From: Tubulanus polymorphus
Lineage: Eukaryota; Animalia; Nemertea
Length of the DNA: 64,000 nucleotides
NCBI RefSeq assembly: GCF_964204645.1
Contig: NC_134028.1
Coordinates: 4,092,001 to 4,156,000 of the forward strand
Direction: 5' to 3'
The first letter of the stretch is position 1, and each line of letters begins with the position of its first letter. Shown in pieces: positions 38,911-53,605 of this stretch. A program made the translations under genes and the position numbers. The notes under the pieces were generated by a model. The model made no database searches and was not told the DNA's origin. It saw nothing but the letters and a program-made list of their open reading frames with translations.

Positions 38911-39972
38911 TTTTGCTTTAGGTTATACCGTAGTCAAAAATCGAAAACGCAAGAAGAAAGAATCTGGAAGCTGCACTAACAGTTTCGCAAGAGAACAGCG
39001 CTTGGAAAGTTCCTCGTCTGAAAATATATCAATAGAAATATCGTCCATTATCGATACATATATCGAAAAAAGACAAGATAAATTATAGTTGCATTCGAAT
39101 TCGAATGACTTCTATCAGTGCCTGCATTGTATTCAATATTCAATCAACCATGATACTTTCAATAGTTCATATGATAAAAGATGATATATAATTCCTATAG
39201 TTGAAGTAATACTTATTCTAAGTTCATTGTTTTTATGCTAAACCGCTTGTAAATTGGGGATAAATCAAACAAAATAGTTTGCCCCATAGATGACGGCAAA
39301 TATACGTAGCCCTTCGACAAACACTGACCACTAGATTATTTGCGAATAAATATAGATAGGCCTCAATGAATGAAACAAAGACTGTTTGCTTTAGAGCTTT
39401 ACCTAGGAAAACATATTTGAATATTGTATCTAACAGCTAACTACCTTTGTTTCAAATAATTTGCTTTCCTAGACCACGAGTAAGTAAAATTAGCGCGTTC
39501 AGCATCGCATTAGACAACGCGTGATAAACCTGATTCGATGCGTAAGAAATTGATAATCATTTTAACAGTTTTATGAATAAATCCGTTAAAGGATTTTATA
39601 TGGTCTTCTTCAGTGTTAGAATATTGCTGGTATGATAAATAAGCTAACATCAAGTATCGTACTCAAAATTATGAAAGCATATATCATTTTCAAAGACGCA
39701 TGATATAACAATTAAACTTTCTAATGTTAAAACATAATTAAGATAATTGAAGATGAGTTAAATAACGAATATAAGCATGCTTTATGTTACCACAGCATCT
39801 ATTCAATAGACGGCGACCACGCCCATTTGATATGGTAATCCAGTTTATACGTTTCAACTAATTTCCGAATTCTGCGGATAATGAATTCTCAAATGTAATC
39901 AAGAATGAATTCTAATACTAGAATTAAAATCCAATTGCCTAGATTTATAAATCCCGAAACATGAGTCCTTAC

Positions 39973-40307
39973 CGGTGTGCGGATATTAATTTATCTAACA
40001 CACTGATGGAAAAACTGTGTAACACTTACTTACGTCCCGAAGGCTGCTCTGACCAGATCTTGTTTCCACCACACCAATTTATACCACAGCCATAGACGTG
40101 GTATGAATGTAACGTCGTCTCCGATTGGCCAAAAGTTTGAGAAAGTTGCTCAACGATCGAATGGCGTTTAGCGTTAGAAGTGGTAAGTATGTGAAGCATG
40201 CTGAAGCTACAACTCGCACATGTGCACTATTTATAGCCAAGTAAAGAACTATGGCTATCATCTGTACGTACATGTAAAATGAATTATATATGAGCTACTA
40301 TAAATAC
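39973..40307 (-). promoter_or_regulatory. Putative Mhc promoter and non-coding first exon
   Basis: TATAAA on the minus strand at 40083-40078. Perfect MEF2 CTATTTATAG at 40227-40236 and a 1-mismatch copy at 40298-40307. Candidate donors (gtaagt ~40033, gtaagg 39972) can splice to the acceptor at 39017 upstream of the ATG. Confidence 0.55.
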
Positions 40308-40953
40308 TATCGGCATCTTTTCTTCACCACCAACACCCTGGCTTAGATCCTTCGGCTTATGGTGGACACCACTCTGCACGCATGGCAATGAGTGGATAAT
40401 CCGGCACAGGATTCACCATTTTATGTTCCAATTTCTATTCAAGTTTTATAATTCATAAACCTACATAGAGGAGGCAATCTTTAATTGAATCTAAGGAAAC
40501 CATTAGACGAAATATCTCGAAATGAAAACGAGAATCTACCACATCCTATCTGTCAAATTTTTGATTAGTCAAAAAATTCACCGAGTCGACGAAAAGAAAT
40601 TCTATGGAAAATACCGTGCCTTCGGTTTTTCTATAGTGTGAATCAAAACCTGACCGAGTCGCGATTACGCAACCGTCAGTGTGCCGCGCCGGGGATCGAT
40701 TCCAAAAGCAAGTTGACGAGGAAGCAACGAATTGCATCTAGTCTCATCTGTGGGGGAATCCCGCCCGGAAGCGATGATGGCCGCGTGGAAGGAGTTCACT
40801 TTCAATCGGTGTGCATCGATGCGTGTGAGGCTGACACGTGCTATCTGTTTCAGCTATTGATTATCAAACTGAAATTACTGCAGCCTAAAAACTGAAGTTT
40901 GGTGGTTATGTGACTGCTCTGACCGAAAAGTGGCTTTCCTCAACATAAAAAAG

Positions 40954-43900
40954 ATGGAAATAGATTTACTGCCTATTCAGAATTCGCACGTGAACCACGA
41001 CCCAAAATGGTTACTCCCCGGATCACAGCCGCAATTTTTATTTTGTTTACCCTGCCTTCTGGAAATGCTGGAAAATGAAGAGATCTCGTGTAACAAGAAA
41101 AATTTCATTCTGACAGAAATTTCATCGGGGATGAATCGAAATTCGAGTTTTATTCGTTTATTGTCGGAGAATCTTCATATAGCTGCTCATATGATCAAAA
41201 TATTTGCAGGTAAAAAAAGCCCTGGGCATTGACAACATCAAATTGAAAGTAGATTCCATATCAAGAAATTATTATCATGTTTGAGAAAAAAGGCTACTAT
41301 CCTAGGCCTACACTGTCAAGAAACTATTCGACAATTTAATGCAATGTTTTGGCACGTCATCGGCCTACGATATTGGATGCTATTTAATGAATTGGATGAA
41401 TAGCTTTGTAACATTTCAGAGAAGTTCTGTAAAAAAATTAGGCTTACAAAAATGATCGATAGGGCAGGCCTTATTCGCTTAAATTGTACCGCATATGAAG
41501 ATATGAAGAGCAGGGCGAAATAACCTACCTCGATAAATGCAGTATTTTTCTAACTTTTAAAACTATCATGCAGGGTTTATGTATGCCAAAGCTGAAAATA
41601 TTGTCTCAACTGCTGTCGATGGTAAGTCATATTCTCTTATACAAGAAAAATTAACTTTTTATCGACCCGAAGTTAAGATTAAGGTCTATGCACTGTCTGC
41701 CGCCTGAGGAGCTCCGCTTTCCTCGTACGATTTTCCTGTTCAAGTATCTTGTCAGTTATTTTAGTCTGTGAATAGACTCGGTATGCTTCTTACCTCGGTT
41801 CGCGCGCAAACAACTGGATTCAGCTCTTACCTAAACGCTTCATGCCTCATATTTCCAAGCAGCTTAATACATGAAACCATACCGGTCCTTCTCACGCCCC
41901 CCCCCCCCTGAAAATCAAACTGAAGATCGTGCAATTCATTTTATTATTACGCCTATTAGGGTAAATTACTTTTTGCTTGCCGTCATCAAAGTCACTGGTA
42001 AAACCAATGTCATCCGTATACCTTTCCGTGGCCGATATCATATCATATACTGGTCTATTCATCACCTATTTTATTTTCAACTTCAGTTACATAGGCATAA
42101 CTACAATGATAGATAAATGGATGAATAAATTGATTACTAAGTGGGCTCAATTTACCATAGTTTTATTTATAACTGAAATAGGATAAGAGGGACCAGGGGC
42201 GTAGCCAGTTTGCAGCACTGTTAGACCCTGGCCTTCCTACAGCTTGTAAGAAGCTGGTTTCTTAACCCCTATTTAGTCGCTGAATCAATCATCGTAACGT
42301 TACTAATGAATGTTGTCGAAATATACCATTATAGACATCATCATCCTGACTTCACATTTGCAAAATTTAGAACTTGTAAAACAGTTCGTCATGCTGGTCA
42401 GCAAAAAGGTAAAACTAAAAGAGTTTTTCAGCAAGATTTCAATAAGAAAATGAAGTTTTGCAATCAAAGTTTATAGTTTGTTCCATGAAGGCACCGCTGT
42501 GCAGGTATTCGCTGGCAGGTAATACTGAATGTTTGTGTAACACTCGCTATAGGTGATTGAAGAATGTCAGTACGCAGAGCATAGAGCCATGTTTCATCTG
42601 TTCGGGCGTATACTGGTGAATTATCATCCACACCTTGCAGGATTCATACTGCAACAACTTGGTACGTTAAAAACTAAAACAAAAACCAACCCCACACCTG
42701 AAAAAACATCACGATCAATTCCTACGTCTGGCGGCTCCATTTTGTTCTTCATTTTTTGGTTTGAGAAACCGGCCGTCGTTTACAAATAAAACGAAGTTAA
42801 CTTGTTTTATGCGTGTAAAGTGTCATCAGAAGAATCCCTGTCATCGCGATCATAACTTTGAATCCTTTTCGTAATTTTCCATCAAAATCTATCCTTATGA
42901 AAGAAAGCTCGTCATTTTGATAAGGATACAATCATATATATTTTCTGAAAGAAAATCATGAAGAATTCGTCAAACCTAATTAATTGTTATATGAAATAAA
43001 CCTTGTATGGAAAGTGTACGCTGCTTAGGTGTGTAGGAAATGAGAAGTGATGATATAATATTACGTATAGTTATATTTGTGGTGTCTACCTTTAAGAAGT
43101 AGTGAGCTTTATCATCGGCTGTGGTTATGATTTCTACTATAAACTACAGGAACAAAGCGCTTCTCTTCATCGATGTATAGAAATTCTGTTTATAACAATT
43201 AGGCGTTTTCTTTACTCGTTTCGCTTCGCATCCTTCATTGGCGGGAAAGAGGTGGAAACTATGCCAAGGTCTTTGAAGCTCACCGCCGTCATTTCTCTAT
43301 CCTGGCAGAGATCGAACATTTTAACTAAAGGAAGATAGATTTTAAGTGTGGGATCTAAGGGCGAATGAGCCATATAACATCAACTTAAGAAATCCATTCA
43401 CATCGAAAACAAAACTCAGACAAAACAATTTTTATTGGTCTGAATTACGTCTAAAAATATTTATACAGACATAACATTTATAACGACAGCGTGCACCTAT
43501 ATACATGATACATTTACAGTGCTGAGAAATTTACTTGCACCGTTTTCCAACCGAGCAACAGAATGAACGCTTTAATCTGAAGACAGGTGTATAGCTTTAA
43601 ACCACTATTACCTGATACCTCATCGGGTTTTAACCCTTGAAACTTCAGGAACGGAAAGAGGCTGGTTCGGTTTGAATATACATGTTAAAACAGATGGTTT
43701 TTATCAATTCGTTGAAGTTTGTTCACTTGCAATCAAAAAACCAGCAACCAAGAACAATTTTCCGAACAAAAAACAGTTGCAGCTGTGATGTTTCACACCG
43801 ATATAGCTTTGTATTCAAACAATGATTTTATTTATGGAATCACTAATCGCTATTTTCTTTCTTATATAACACGTTTATAAAGTGTATTTTGCAATTGCAG

Positions 43901-46900
43901 GTGAATTTGTTGATTACCTCAGCGTCGGATTAGACAGTTCAGATGAAAGCTTGCAGTCAACTTTGATATTCATTTTCCTACAGTTATACAATGACAGCCC
44001 GATGATCAGCCCTAAAATACACCACAATATCGCGGCACATTTAATACACTTCATAACTAAAACAAAATCCAGGGAACTTATGGTTAATTCTCTAGGTAGG
44101 TGCTTTCCTTTCGTAATATTACAAATAGTACATTAGGCTGAAATAACTTAAATTAAAACTACAGTGTAGTTTTCTGCAAAAATTCCGGGGAAATACTTTG
44201 AACGCAGAATCTTTTTAAATGAAACAAATCAGCTCATATGATCGTTACGCATATTCGAAAAGGTGACCAAGTAGATGATCTCCTGGTAAGCACGCTTGCT
44301 CTCCGCGTACGAGACTCTGATTTGATCCCCGAGTATAATGTTGTCTTAATATTTCATACTTATATTTTCGATTTCTAACTTAAATTTGAGACGCGTGGAA
44401 ATTACTAAGATGTAAGATGTGGTTATAACTGCCGGCATCTCGTGTATCTCGTTCAACCTTGGATAAATAATTTCTCGCCGTAACAGACTCTCGATATAAA
44501 TAGATGTGCATAAATACACCGGAAAACTTGTTCTCTCCTCTTTCCCCCTTATTTCTTGTTCCCGTATAGTCTCAATAGGTTCACAGCCTGTAGCGTAAAA
44601 TAGCCAGTTACAATTTGCCGGGTTGTATCTAGGACAAAATGGGCTTATCACGACTTAGTGAAATTTATGAAATCTGAAAATTTGATAAATGGTCAGAAAT
44701 GAATCGATTTGTTGTTTGAAAAATCCTCCTCGCTGTTTGTTCTATTTTTAGGCTTGCTGAAGAAATTTCTTTTGAATTCAAATTTAACAGCTATTCTCAT
44801 GTCGACGCGTAGTGGTGCCGATAAGTTAACTTTACCGACGGCTCTGAAGAGAGCGCTGATTGGCTGCGGAGCTGGTGATTTCGTCAAGGTCACCGTAGTT
44901 CAATGTATCGTGCAGTTACTAGGAATCGATGAATCTCTGAAGTATACCGATCAACTTCTTGACGCGGATTTGGCTGAATTCCTTTACGAAGCCTTCGCAA
45001 CAAACAACGATAGTCTTCTCGGGTACAAAACCAGCCCGAATACGTCATACCTCTCTAAAACGAGCAATTATCTCAGTTATCACAACGAGATGATTGCTCG
45101 TAGAGCCTTCCCAGTTGGGCGTCTGGTCTGCATTTCTAGATACCAGTTCAGATACCTTACCCACGTTCAGTTAATTCCACCAGCGAGGATACCCCAACAT
45201 TTAGAATTGAAGTTTGATGTCGATGCTTTCAGATTGATATTTCATTCGCTGAATATGATGACCGCCAGTCGCAAGTTTTTCACGAAATGTCATTGCGTTT
45301 ACGGTAACTAAAAAACCCGTGTTTTCCTGAAAACCAACATGTAGCCGCAACCCACCAGAGCCATCTCAGTAGAAGAGATCGCAGGGTTTCAGCTTGCAGT
45401 CTGAGCCATCTATCTACAAATACTGTTGGTTGAATATCTATTTTTGGTTGTTTTTTTTCAGGTATGGAACCGATGCTACTCGGAATTGAACAAGCATTCA
45501 AACACAAAAACCGCGAGGCAATCATTGCCGGTTTGATGTTGTTTGACACTATTTTACTCGAGTACGAATCTTCTTGTAATTATTCTGAATAATGTATTTG
45601 AATTATACGGTATAGTAGTGTTTTATTTAATAGAATATGAATCGATGAAGATTTGATGATTTCTCTTTTTAGACACAACGAAGGCATACGGTTATTCAGT
45701 AATCTACAGTTGCTGAAGCGATCTCTGCAATCACTGATACAAGGAGTGAAATACGGTGTTAATGACGTCAGTAACATCTCGTGTCACGCTCTAGCCCGAA
45801 TTCTCGTGTGAGTACGCGCGAGCGCGCGAACCAAGGTTCCACTCTGAATTTCGAAATTTCTGTAATCTGTGACTGGAGACTCTATGTTATCTAATATACA
45901 GTCAAAACCTCGGATAACTATTCACTCTATAAAATGATGAATTGCACTTGGAAATACAAATTGGGACTCAAAAATACTGAGGAGCTGGCGATAACGACTT
46001 GGCCGAATTTTGCTTCGTATATCCATAGAACTCAAATCAACTATCCGTCATCTTCACTGCAGGGTCCATCACATGCCAGGGATAGTTCCATTGAGGGATG
46101 TTACCACGTGTATACAGGAAGTGTGCTGTTTATCGTCACAGTTCAGTCAGCCAATCAAACCTCGAGCTGCTGGAAACACTCGAGCGGCTGATCTCGAGCG
46201 ATACTGTTCAAATCTATTCACAGTGTTGAACAGCGCTTTCAAGTTTGTCTTTTTTCATGAAATCTGAATGTTTTTACATTTAATTTAAGCAGTTTCTAAT
46301 AAAAGGAAGGTATATCCATATTTAAAAACAGGTTAGTGCTTGAAAAACCGACTCCTTGTGAAGAAACTGCTTTTATAGCGCCGTCTAATGTTGAAAATGT
46401 GGAAAACTCGATGATTCTGGTGGATTTCTTTGAATTTCTCAAGAGCACAATGAATGATACTGTTATCCCACTTTACACGGTAAGCTTACGTTGGATCATT
46501 GCAAAGAACTCGCGGGAAGCTGTAATAAATTTGAGTGGATTTCTATTTTTTGTTTAGTTGCACTGGGAAGTGCTAAATGATGAGGCTAACATGCATCAAT
46601 TCGTGAATTTGCTATCGCAAGTATATAGATTCCCGTCGGCTGTCCTACAACACTGGAGTATACAACTAGCTTCGGGACACTTCATCAGCTTTCTGTTAGA
46701 TTTGAAGCAGAAATACCGGTCAGTGACGTTATAGGCCATGTATATACAAATATACATACCTACAGTACGCAGATAGGACCTGAGGTCAAAGAGACATTTT
46801 TGACTATTTTTCGCAGGTCTGTGACGAGTTGTTCGAGTATAGATGAGCTGTTGTATTTGATAGGACAGGACCTGTTCATACTTCATCACCAGTCGTCTGA

Positions 46901-49900
46901 CTGGACTTCGTTCGGTCACTTATTCACATCAGGTCTTACTAATCTAGCAGGTAGTGATAGTTCATATTGGCTCAAAATAAACATACTCTTCCTTAATTCC
47001 TTAAACGATGTTCACACTCTTTCAGGTTCCACGTTTAATCCCGTTGATTATTTGAATCGAGATGGTTGTGTCGATGCTGTTTCTGCCGCTGTTTATCTGT
47101 TGTATTTATCCTTGTATTACCAACAGAACGAGTAGGTTTTACATTTGATTGTCTTTCCTTATATTTACTCGAACAATTTATCCGTCGTTTAGGAAATGAT
47201 CTCGCCACGTCATTTCCCAACCTACTTTGTGGGTCGGTTTATTTTGTAGCTGCAAGTTGCCATTGCTAATAAAGATCGTTCACCTACTGTGTCAGTTTTC
47301 TGACTTGTCTTCCTTACCTGCGCCTAACCTTCTTCACGTAACATTCATCCTATCTGTTAAGTGTTTTTCTCAATGTTTTTAATGTTGTGCCTCGTTTTCT
47401 GGATGAATTGATTTAGAAACATGGTCGTTCTTAACTTCAGTTATTCGACGTGGAGAAGTGTGATGATGAAGTACTGAGAGGATACGGTCAAGGTTCATAT
47501 CAAATGGCGCTCGTTTTGTTCAGATTTTATTATCTAAAATGGCGAATTATCCAAGAATCTTCAACATAATCGAAATGCTCATATTTGCTATGGTCTATAT
47601 CGTTTAGCTTGCCAATCTCTTGCTAAAGCCATTGTCAACTCGCCGTGTTTAGAGAGTTGGAAAACCTTGAATTGTAAAGTACTTGAATGGTGTTTTTCGC
47701 CGCAGAAAATCTATGAAGTGCTCGGGGAAAAGTTAGTGAGTATAGAAAGTGCGGCTTGAGGGATTCTCGATTTTGAATTAAGAATCGCCCAATGAAAACT
47801 TACTGAATACGAGTTCTTCCTGTTGTAGTTGTGTGTTTGGATAGTAAATCGTTTACCATCGGAACCAGTAAAGGTTGTCATGAAACAGAACCCACTAATA
47901 ATTCAAACTCTCTTGGTAAGAAAAGTAGTCAGAAACACAAGAAATCTTCAAATGAATATACATGTACTTCAAAAATTTCCAAAATATTGAACTTCTTGTT
48001 TTCAGCACGTCGTATCCAGTAGTGACGAAGAACGTCTGGTAACTGGTGGCACCAATTTGATTTTTGATGTCTTAAATGAGGTGATTCTAAATTCGAAGAT
48101 ATCTCCCGTTAAGGAACTGCTGAATTTAATGTCAAATCATTTCAGGGGATTCCGCACAACCTTGCGCTGTCTGACGTTCAAGATTACGTTACTAGTATAC
48201 TTCAACGAATGTTCCTTAGACATGACTCGAATACAATTCCAGGTTAGACAACTTAACTGGATAACTATTTTTAAGTTAGAATTTTGAAAACATTGCATTC
48301 TTTGGTTAAATGTAATTTATCTGATTAAATCTAAATACTTAGAATGACTTCTTGTCCAGGCAGAAACATAACTTACATGGTGGAGATTCTAAATCTTGCC
48401 AAGCTGCGGCAAAATCAAGAACGAACCCAGTCAACGCAAGATCTGAAGCTGGTTCATCACGGTATGTGGTTCTGTCAGGTTATGTTGTTCTTCAAGAATT
48501 GTAGTAGTTTGAATATTTTTCCAGTTTTGAACATATTGAGCTCGACCGATGTATTGGGTAGTGAAGAATGCGCCCCCTATGTACAGTTACTCGTCATAAC
48601 AATGGTACAGTCCGTACTCGTTTCAGACCAACAAGGTAAGCGCAGTTCATGATTGTGAAGATACGTCACCTGTTGATAGAAATATCTCTGAGATTCATCT
48701 ATTTTATAGTAAGTTATTTAGTTGCTGGTAGAAGTAAAGCCTTGCAGAGAATAATTGGCTGGTTTTTCAACGGAAATGATTGTATGCGAATAATGTCGCA
48801 GCTTGTTTTGTGTTGTCTACTTGAATCAGATGTTAAGGTATCGACACTACCGTAGTTCTCTCAGAAATCATATCCAACTCTAAAAGGTATTCAACAAGAG
48901 ATGATACTAACATTGAAGGTTAAATCTTTAGGTTGAATCAGTGATTAAATGGCCGTTTGAAAGATTGGTCGAGGATCTACACTCGAAACATAGACCACTG
49001 CGGCTATGCGCATTACACCTAGCTGCACTGATCTTCCAGAACGACGGCTTTATCCGTCTACAATCGAAACCGAAAAATGGCGGCAGCAAAATCATCGACG
49101 ATCAGTTTTTAATGATCGGTACAAACGATGTTCGACGTCTCTACTTTCTGTTACAGCAAGCGTTTTTTCAGGTGAAAAAGACGCATCCGCAGAATTCCGT
49201 TGTCCTAGAGAGCATTCGAAAATGTCATTTTATTTGCCGTGTTTTGTAGGATGATGAATTATACGCTATTCTGTCATTACAATGTACGACGCATCTAAAA
49301 CATTATTTGTCTGAAAACGCACCGAAATTCGGTAAGTCAAACATTGGACAGACTTCGGTCGTCCCATTATTCACGTAAATATTGTATCCAATTGAAATGA
49401 TATTTTGTAATTTGCTTATTGTCAACTTTGAGGATATTTCTAGTTCTACGTAAGACTCAATTTCCTCGTGTCAATTAGGTTCACACATGATTTCGCAGCC
49501 TTGGAATGAATTCGTGTTTCAACACGCTACAACAACCGATCCTACTTTACCAAACCTCTTACTGATAGCCCTGGTAAGTTTAAACCAGTGCGCTACCTGG
49601 CGCACAAAATCGCTGAGTCTTTCGTCAGATTTTTTACGTTTCTTTCTGTATATCTAGTTATACGACGGGCAGCCTTTATGTTCAGAATTCCTTTCAAAGT
49701 TGACAAACTGTTTGATGTCGTCCGAAGCAAATGAGTCTATGTCAGATGAACATATTGTAGGAATGTCAATTATAGCCGAAAAGGTATGAACTACAACACC
49801 AAGTGCGAAAGTGCGATAAAACTTGTACAGTTTATATCATATCAAAACCTTTTTTACTTCAAACCCAATAAATCTAAAGCCGCGGACACACTGGGCGATT

Positions 49901-50531
49901 TCGTCGGCCGACGAAATCGGCCGACGAAATCGCCGCCGAATTTATGAACGATTTGATCGCCGACAGACCCGGACACACTGGGCGATTTCGTCGGCCGACG
50001 AAATCGGCGAACAGCGCCGCTTATTTTGAAACGACCAGCTGCTAGCGCCACCTTTAATAAATCGAAGAGCCGTGATTGGCTCGAGGTGACTGATCGCCGT
50101 ACCCGGACACACTGGGCGATTCTGTCGCTGTCGGCCGACTAAATCGCCGAAGGCGATTGCCCGGACACACACTGGGCGATTTTACCGGCGACAAAATCGG
50201 GCGACGAAATCGCCCAGTGTGTCCTGGCCTTGCGTGCTCATAGTATCCGTTACATTTTGAATGACCGAATACTTTGATTTTTGGAAATTAATCACTCCCG
50301 GTATAATCACTCACCTCTCATCTACAGGGAATTTGTAATTGCGTGGAAAGTGACAACCCTGGCAGGAATTGTACATTTTTTGAATCAGTCCATCCTCTCT
50401 TCCCGTATACAAGCATTGATAACGGCTCTGAAATTCCATTGATTATTGATGTATTTTCATATATTTCGTTATCCGCTGGTAGATACTCGCCGGCGCATGC
50501 GCTTCACTGTCAGAACAGCACGAAGAATTGA
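40954..50531 (+). CDS. MEI1: Meiosis inhibitor protein 1 (MEI1)-like, multi-exon helical-repeat protein
   Basis: Exons include 40954-41209, 41574-41621, 42335-42408, 42553-42661, 43901-44095, 44752-45022, 45234-45303, 45462-45561 and many more, to a probable last exon 50328-50531. Motifs HVNHDPKWLLP..FCLPCLLEML, SRELMVNSLGLLK, ADLAEFLYE and FFTKCHCVYG match my recollection of vertebrate MEI1 (HYRHDPRWLLP..LCLACALELL, TKELQINCLGLLR, ADIPEFLFE, FFSKCHTVYG). The 3' exon boundaries are less certain. Confidence 0.85.
49877..50231. mobile_element. GC-rich MITE with internal copies of its terminal repeat, in the last MEI1 intron
   Basis: Left aagccgcggacacactgggcgatttcgtcg and right cgacgaaatcgcccagtgtgtcctggcctt are inverted repeats. 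The unit ggacacactgggcgatt recurs at ~49884, 49971, 50105 and 50163. Confidence 0.8.
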
Positions 50532-50679
50532 TCCGATGCAAAATACACCAACTTCACGAACGCAAGGTCAGCATGGTCAAAAAGATGGCGAATTCAATTT
50601 GGTGCCAGTTACTTAAGCTGTGCGTGCAAAGATAGACTCATTGCTCTTTAGATGATGATTATTTTTTTGCTGGCGTTAA

Positions 50680-50902
50680 GGCTAAACAAAAATGATACCT
50701 TGTTATTCCGCAGCGGCCGGGTCATTTTTGTAAAATATGATAAAATTTATAAACAGTTCATTTCTATAGCGGCCGGGTCTGTTATGGTGAAATTGATCAC
50801 GATTTTAAAAAAAAGTAATGTATAGGGTAGATAGGCGGCCGGCCGGGTCAACATTTAAGCTCAGCGCAGAGCGGAGAAACAAGGTATCAATTTTTTTTAG
50901 CC
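50680..50902 (+). mobile_element. ~220-bp MITE family, copy 1
   Basis: TIRs ggctaaacaaaaatgatacctt...aaggtatcaattttttttagcc, preceded by ttaa and followed by taaa. Homologous copies lie at ~51644 and ~58384. Confidence 0.7.
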
Positions 50903-51643
50903 TAAACAAAAATAGATTTTACAATAATGTACAGTGCTTTCGATTAATTCTTGAGTTGATGTGTTTTCTTGGAACCCGTTCATTTGGCCATAAAAATTAT
51001 TGAATAATACCTATTCAGAGTTTTTATTGATAAATAATTACCATAATTGAATAATTAATACGAATATATTTTCGAGTAACTACTTACGGCGTCAATTCTA
51101 TGTTGCTCATTTTCCTCTCTTTCTCTTTCTCTCTATTGTTTCGAGCGTTGTGTATAACAGAACGCGCTTTCCTATAAAAATTAATTCCCGGAAACAGTTG
51201 GGCAATTTATTCAATACAACAGCGCAAATGTTTTGTCTGTGTCGAGGCTTGATGTTGTTTTCAAATCGCAATCGAAACTCTGTTCTCGGAAGACGGTCGC
51301 CGATCCCGATGCTGACAGGTTCTGCTAATGATAATGGCTAATAGCCGAACGCAGATGACTACTTTTTGAACTTCTCAATTAAATCACGGTTCAAACACGC
51401 CTCAAAAGCGTTTTCTGCGTCGTAGACAAATTAAGTCACGCGTATTCGAGTCATGCTTGCAGAACTCTCGTGATAGCATCAGCTCTTTGAGAAATTGGTA
51501 TACTAAGACCGAGTCTACCATTATCGACCGCCCACTGCCAGATTTTTCCTAATAGAACGACATCACTATGATTATGTGTGAATCTATTCGTTTTTTGCCA
51601 AATTTTTTGATGATCTCTAAGTGCTTGAAATAAAATTTCATTT

Positions 51644-51871
51644 AGGATAAAAATACATGATACCTCTTCCTCTCCCGATCGGCTGGGTAATATAACTTTT
51701 GTAAACTGCAATGATATTTGTAATCAGTTCATTTCTAAAACTGCAGGGTCTTTTATGATTAGCCTGGCCATAATGTTTTTTTTTAAAGAAGTAATGTACA
51801 GGGTAGATAGGCGGTCGGTCGAGTCAACTTTTAGGCTTCAGAAAGAAGGAAACAATCATTTGTTCTTGTCC
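51644..51871 (+). mobile_element. ~220-bp MITE family, copy 2 (diverged)
   Basis: Shares atgatacct, cagttcatttcta and aagtaatgtaYagggtagataggcggYcggYcgRgtcaac with copy 1. Confidence 0.65.
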
Positions 51872-53605
51872 CGTTTAAATCATCACCATTCTCATTTCCG
51901 AAATGAATTCCATAAATCTTCATGGATTTCTTCCAATTTAAGTCTAAAGGTTTATCGTTTCTAGTTTTCCAAGATCCTAACCACATACACTCAGTTTTGT
52001 CTTTATTAATTTTTGCACCCGATGCTCGTTCAAATAAAGTTTAAGTTGTAAAGGCTTGATTCAATGATTCTAAGTCGGTTAGACATAGTGTGCGTATTTT
52101 TTTATTTTAATTTCTGTGTCGTCTGGTAATTTCACTCCTTTAATCATTTGTTCTTAGCCTCAATGATTGTATCTGTTGATATTGTATTTTAGAAGGTCTA
52201 CGGTGGTGTAATTATCGGAATGATTACGGTCATCGGGCTCGGTGTGCGGTTCGCTGTAGCGTAACTAACATCGTTTTGACGTCATCACTTTCTACCTTGT
52301 GAAAAACCGAACGGCGATCAATTCATGCAACACATGTGTACATCATACCACGTAAATTACGTGTAGGAATTTTTGCGTGGTTACATAAAATAACGCTAGT
52401 TCTTCTCGACCCCATTTCTATGTCATTACTACTAACTATCGACCGGTTTTGTGTATGCAAGGGAATCCAGACACTCAATCGCCCAACCGCCCACGCACGA
52501 AAATTATGCATAGTCGAGTATCATCGTGGAAACCCCTTGTTGAGAGTTGCCGGTAAACACGGGAATACTGAGGGAGAAAAACTATATCCGATTACCAAAT
52601 CTGGTAACTTAAACAAAAATCCGGCTCCACCATCGCCAGTTTCTGAAATGCTGTGTTTAGAGTCCCGCCTGATAACACAGTTTCAAATTCGGTTTTAAGG
52701 ATCGGAAAAACGGGTTTAATTTCTTCAATGCTGAAAGAATTCATTCATTCGAGTAGTTCCCGCATATAATCTCGGATGGGATGCGGAAAATGATGTAAAA
52801 AAGGTGTAAAATTCGTGTGAATCATAGATCATAACATGAATCATAGGCCCTAGTGACAGAGAATAACATACCAATTTGAGAAAAAGAATAATCTTCCATT
52901 ATCCTTTGATTAGTCAATGGTTATCAATGATATGTATATAATTATTGGTAATAGTCGACCAAATGCCTTTGAAATCGCGTTTCTTCTTCCAAATCTTTGT
53001 CATTTGTTACGCGATTTTAATTTCTATCGATTGTCGTTTTGTTGCCTATTTCTTGAAAATAAAAAATTACACGCGAACTGTAAAAATTCTTTTGAAATTC
53101 GTTACTGTCTGGTTGTGGATTAACGCACGCCTCGCCCTTGAAAACGATTTCTTGGAAATCGAAAGAAATTCAATCAAATATTTTTCATTAATTCTCAGAA
53201 ATGTCGATTGTCTGCTCCTTTGCCTTATCGTTTAAAACTGATGGGGATGATTACGGTTTGATTAACATTTTAATGATGAAAGCTTTCATGTAGTTAGACC
53301 GTTTTAGTCCATTGATTAACAAGGCAGATACAGACATGAGTGTTAGAGTTATACAGTCTTTAAACAATCATTAATACCTTTGCATTATACTTTAGACATC
53401 AAATCCATACATTATTATTAGGGCAGTGGCAAGAGGAATATGTGAGTGGGTTCGTTTATGAAAAAAAATCTCGAAAATTTGAGATATCCTGGCCAAATAT
53501 CTGGCTTCAGTCTAGATTAATGAACAAAAGTAATAGCGGTTCGGTATCTGGGTTCCAGAAGAAAAGAAAAATACATTTCTAGAAAATGAGCTGCGTCAAA
53601 GGCTA

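Noticed and set aside
49877-50231. Regularly spaced repeats resembling a CRISPR array
   Set aside because: The context is a eukaryotic intron with no cas genes. The spacers are related to each other, and the terminal inverted copy indicates a MITE.
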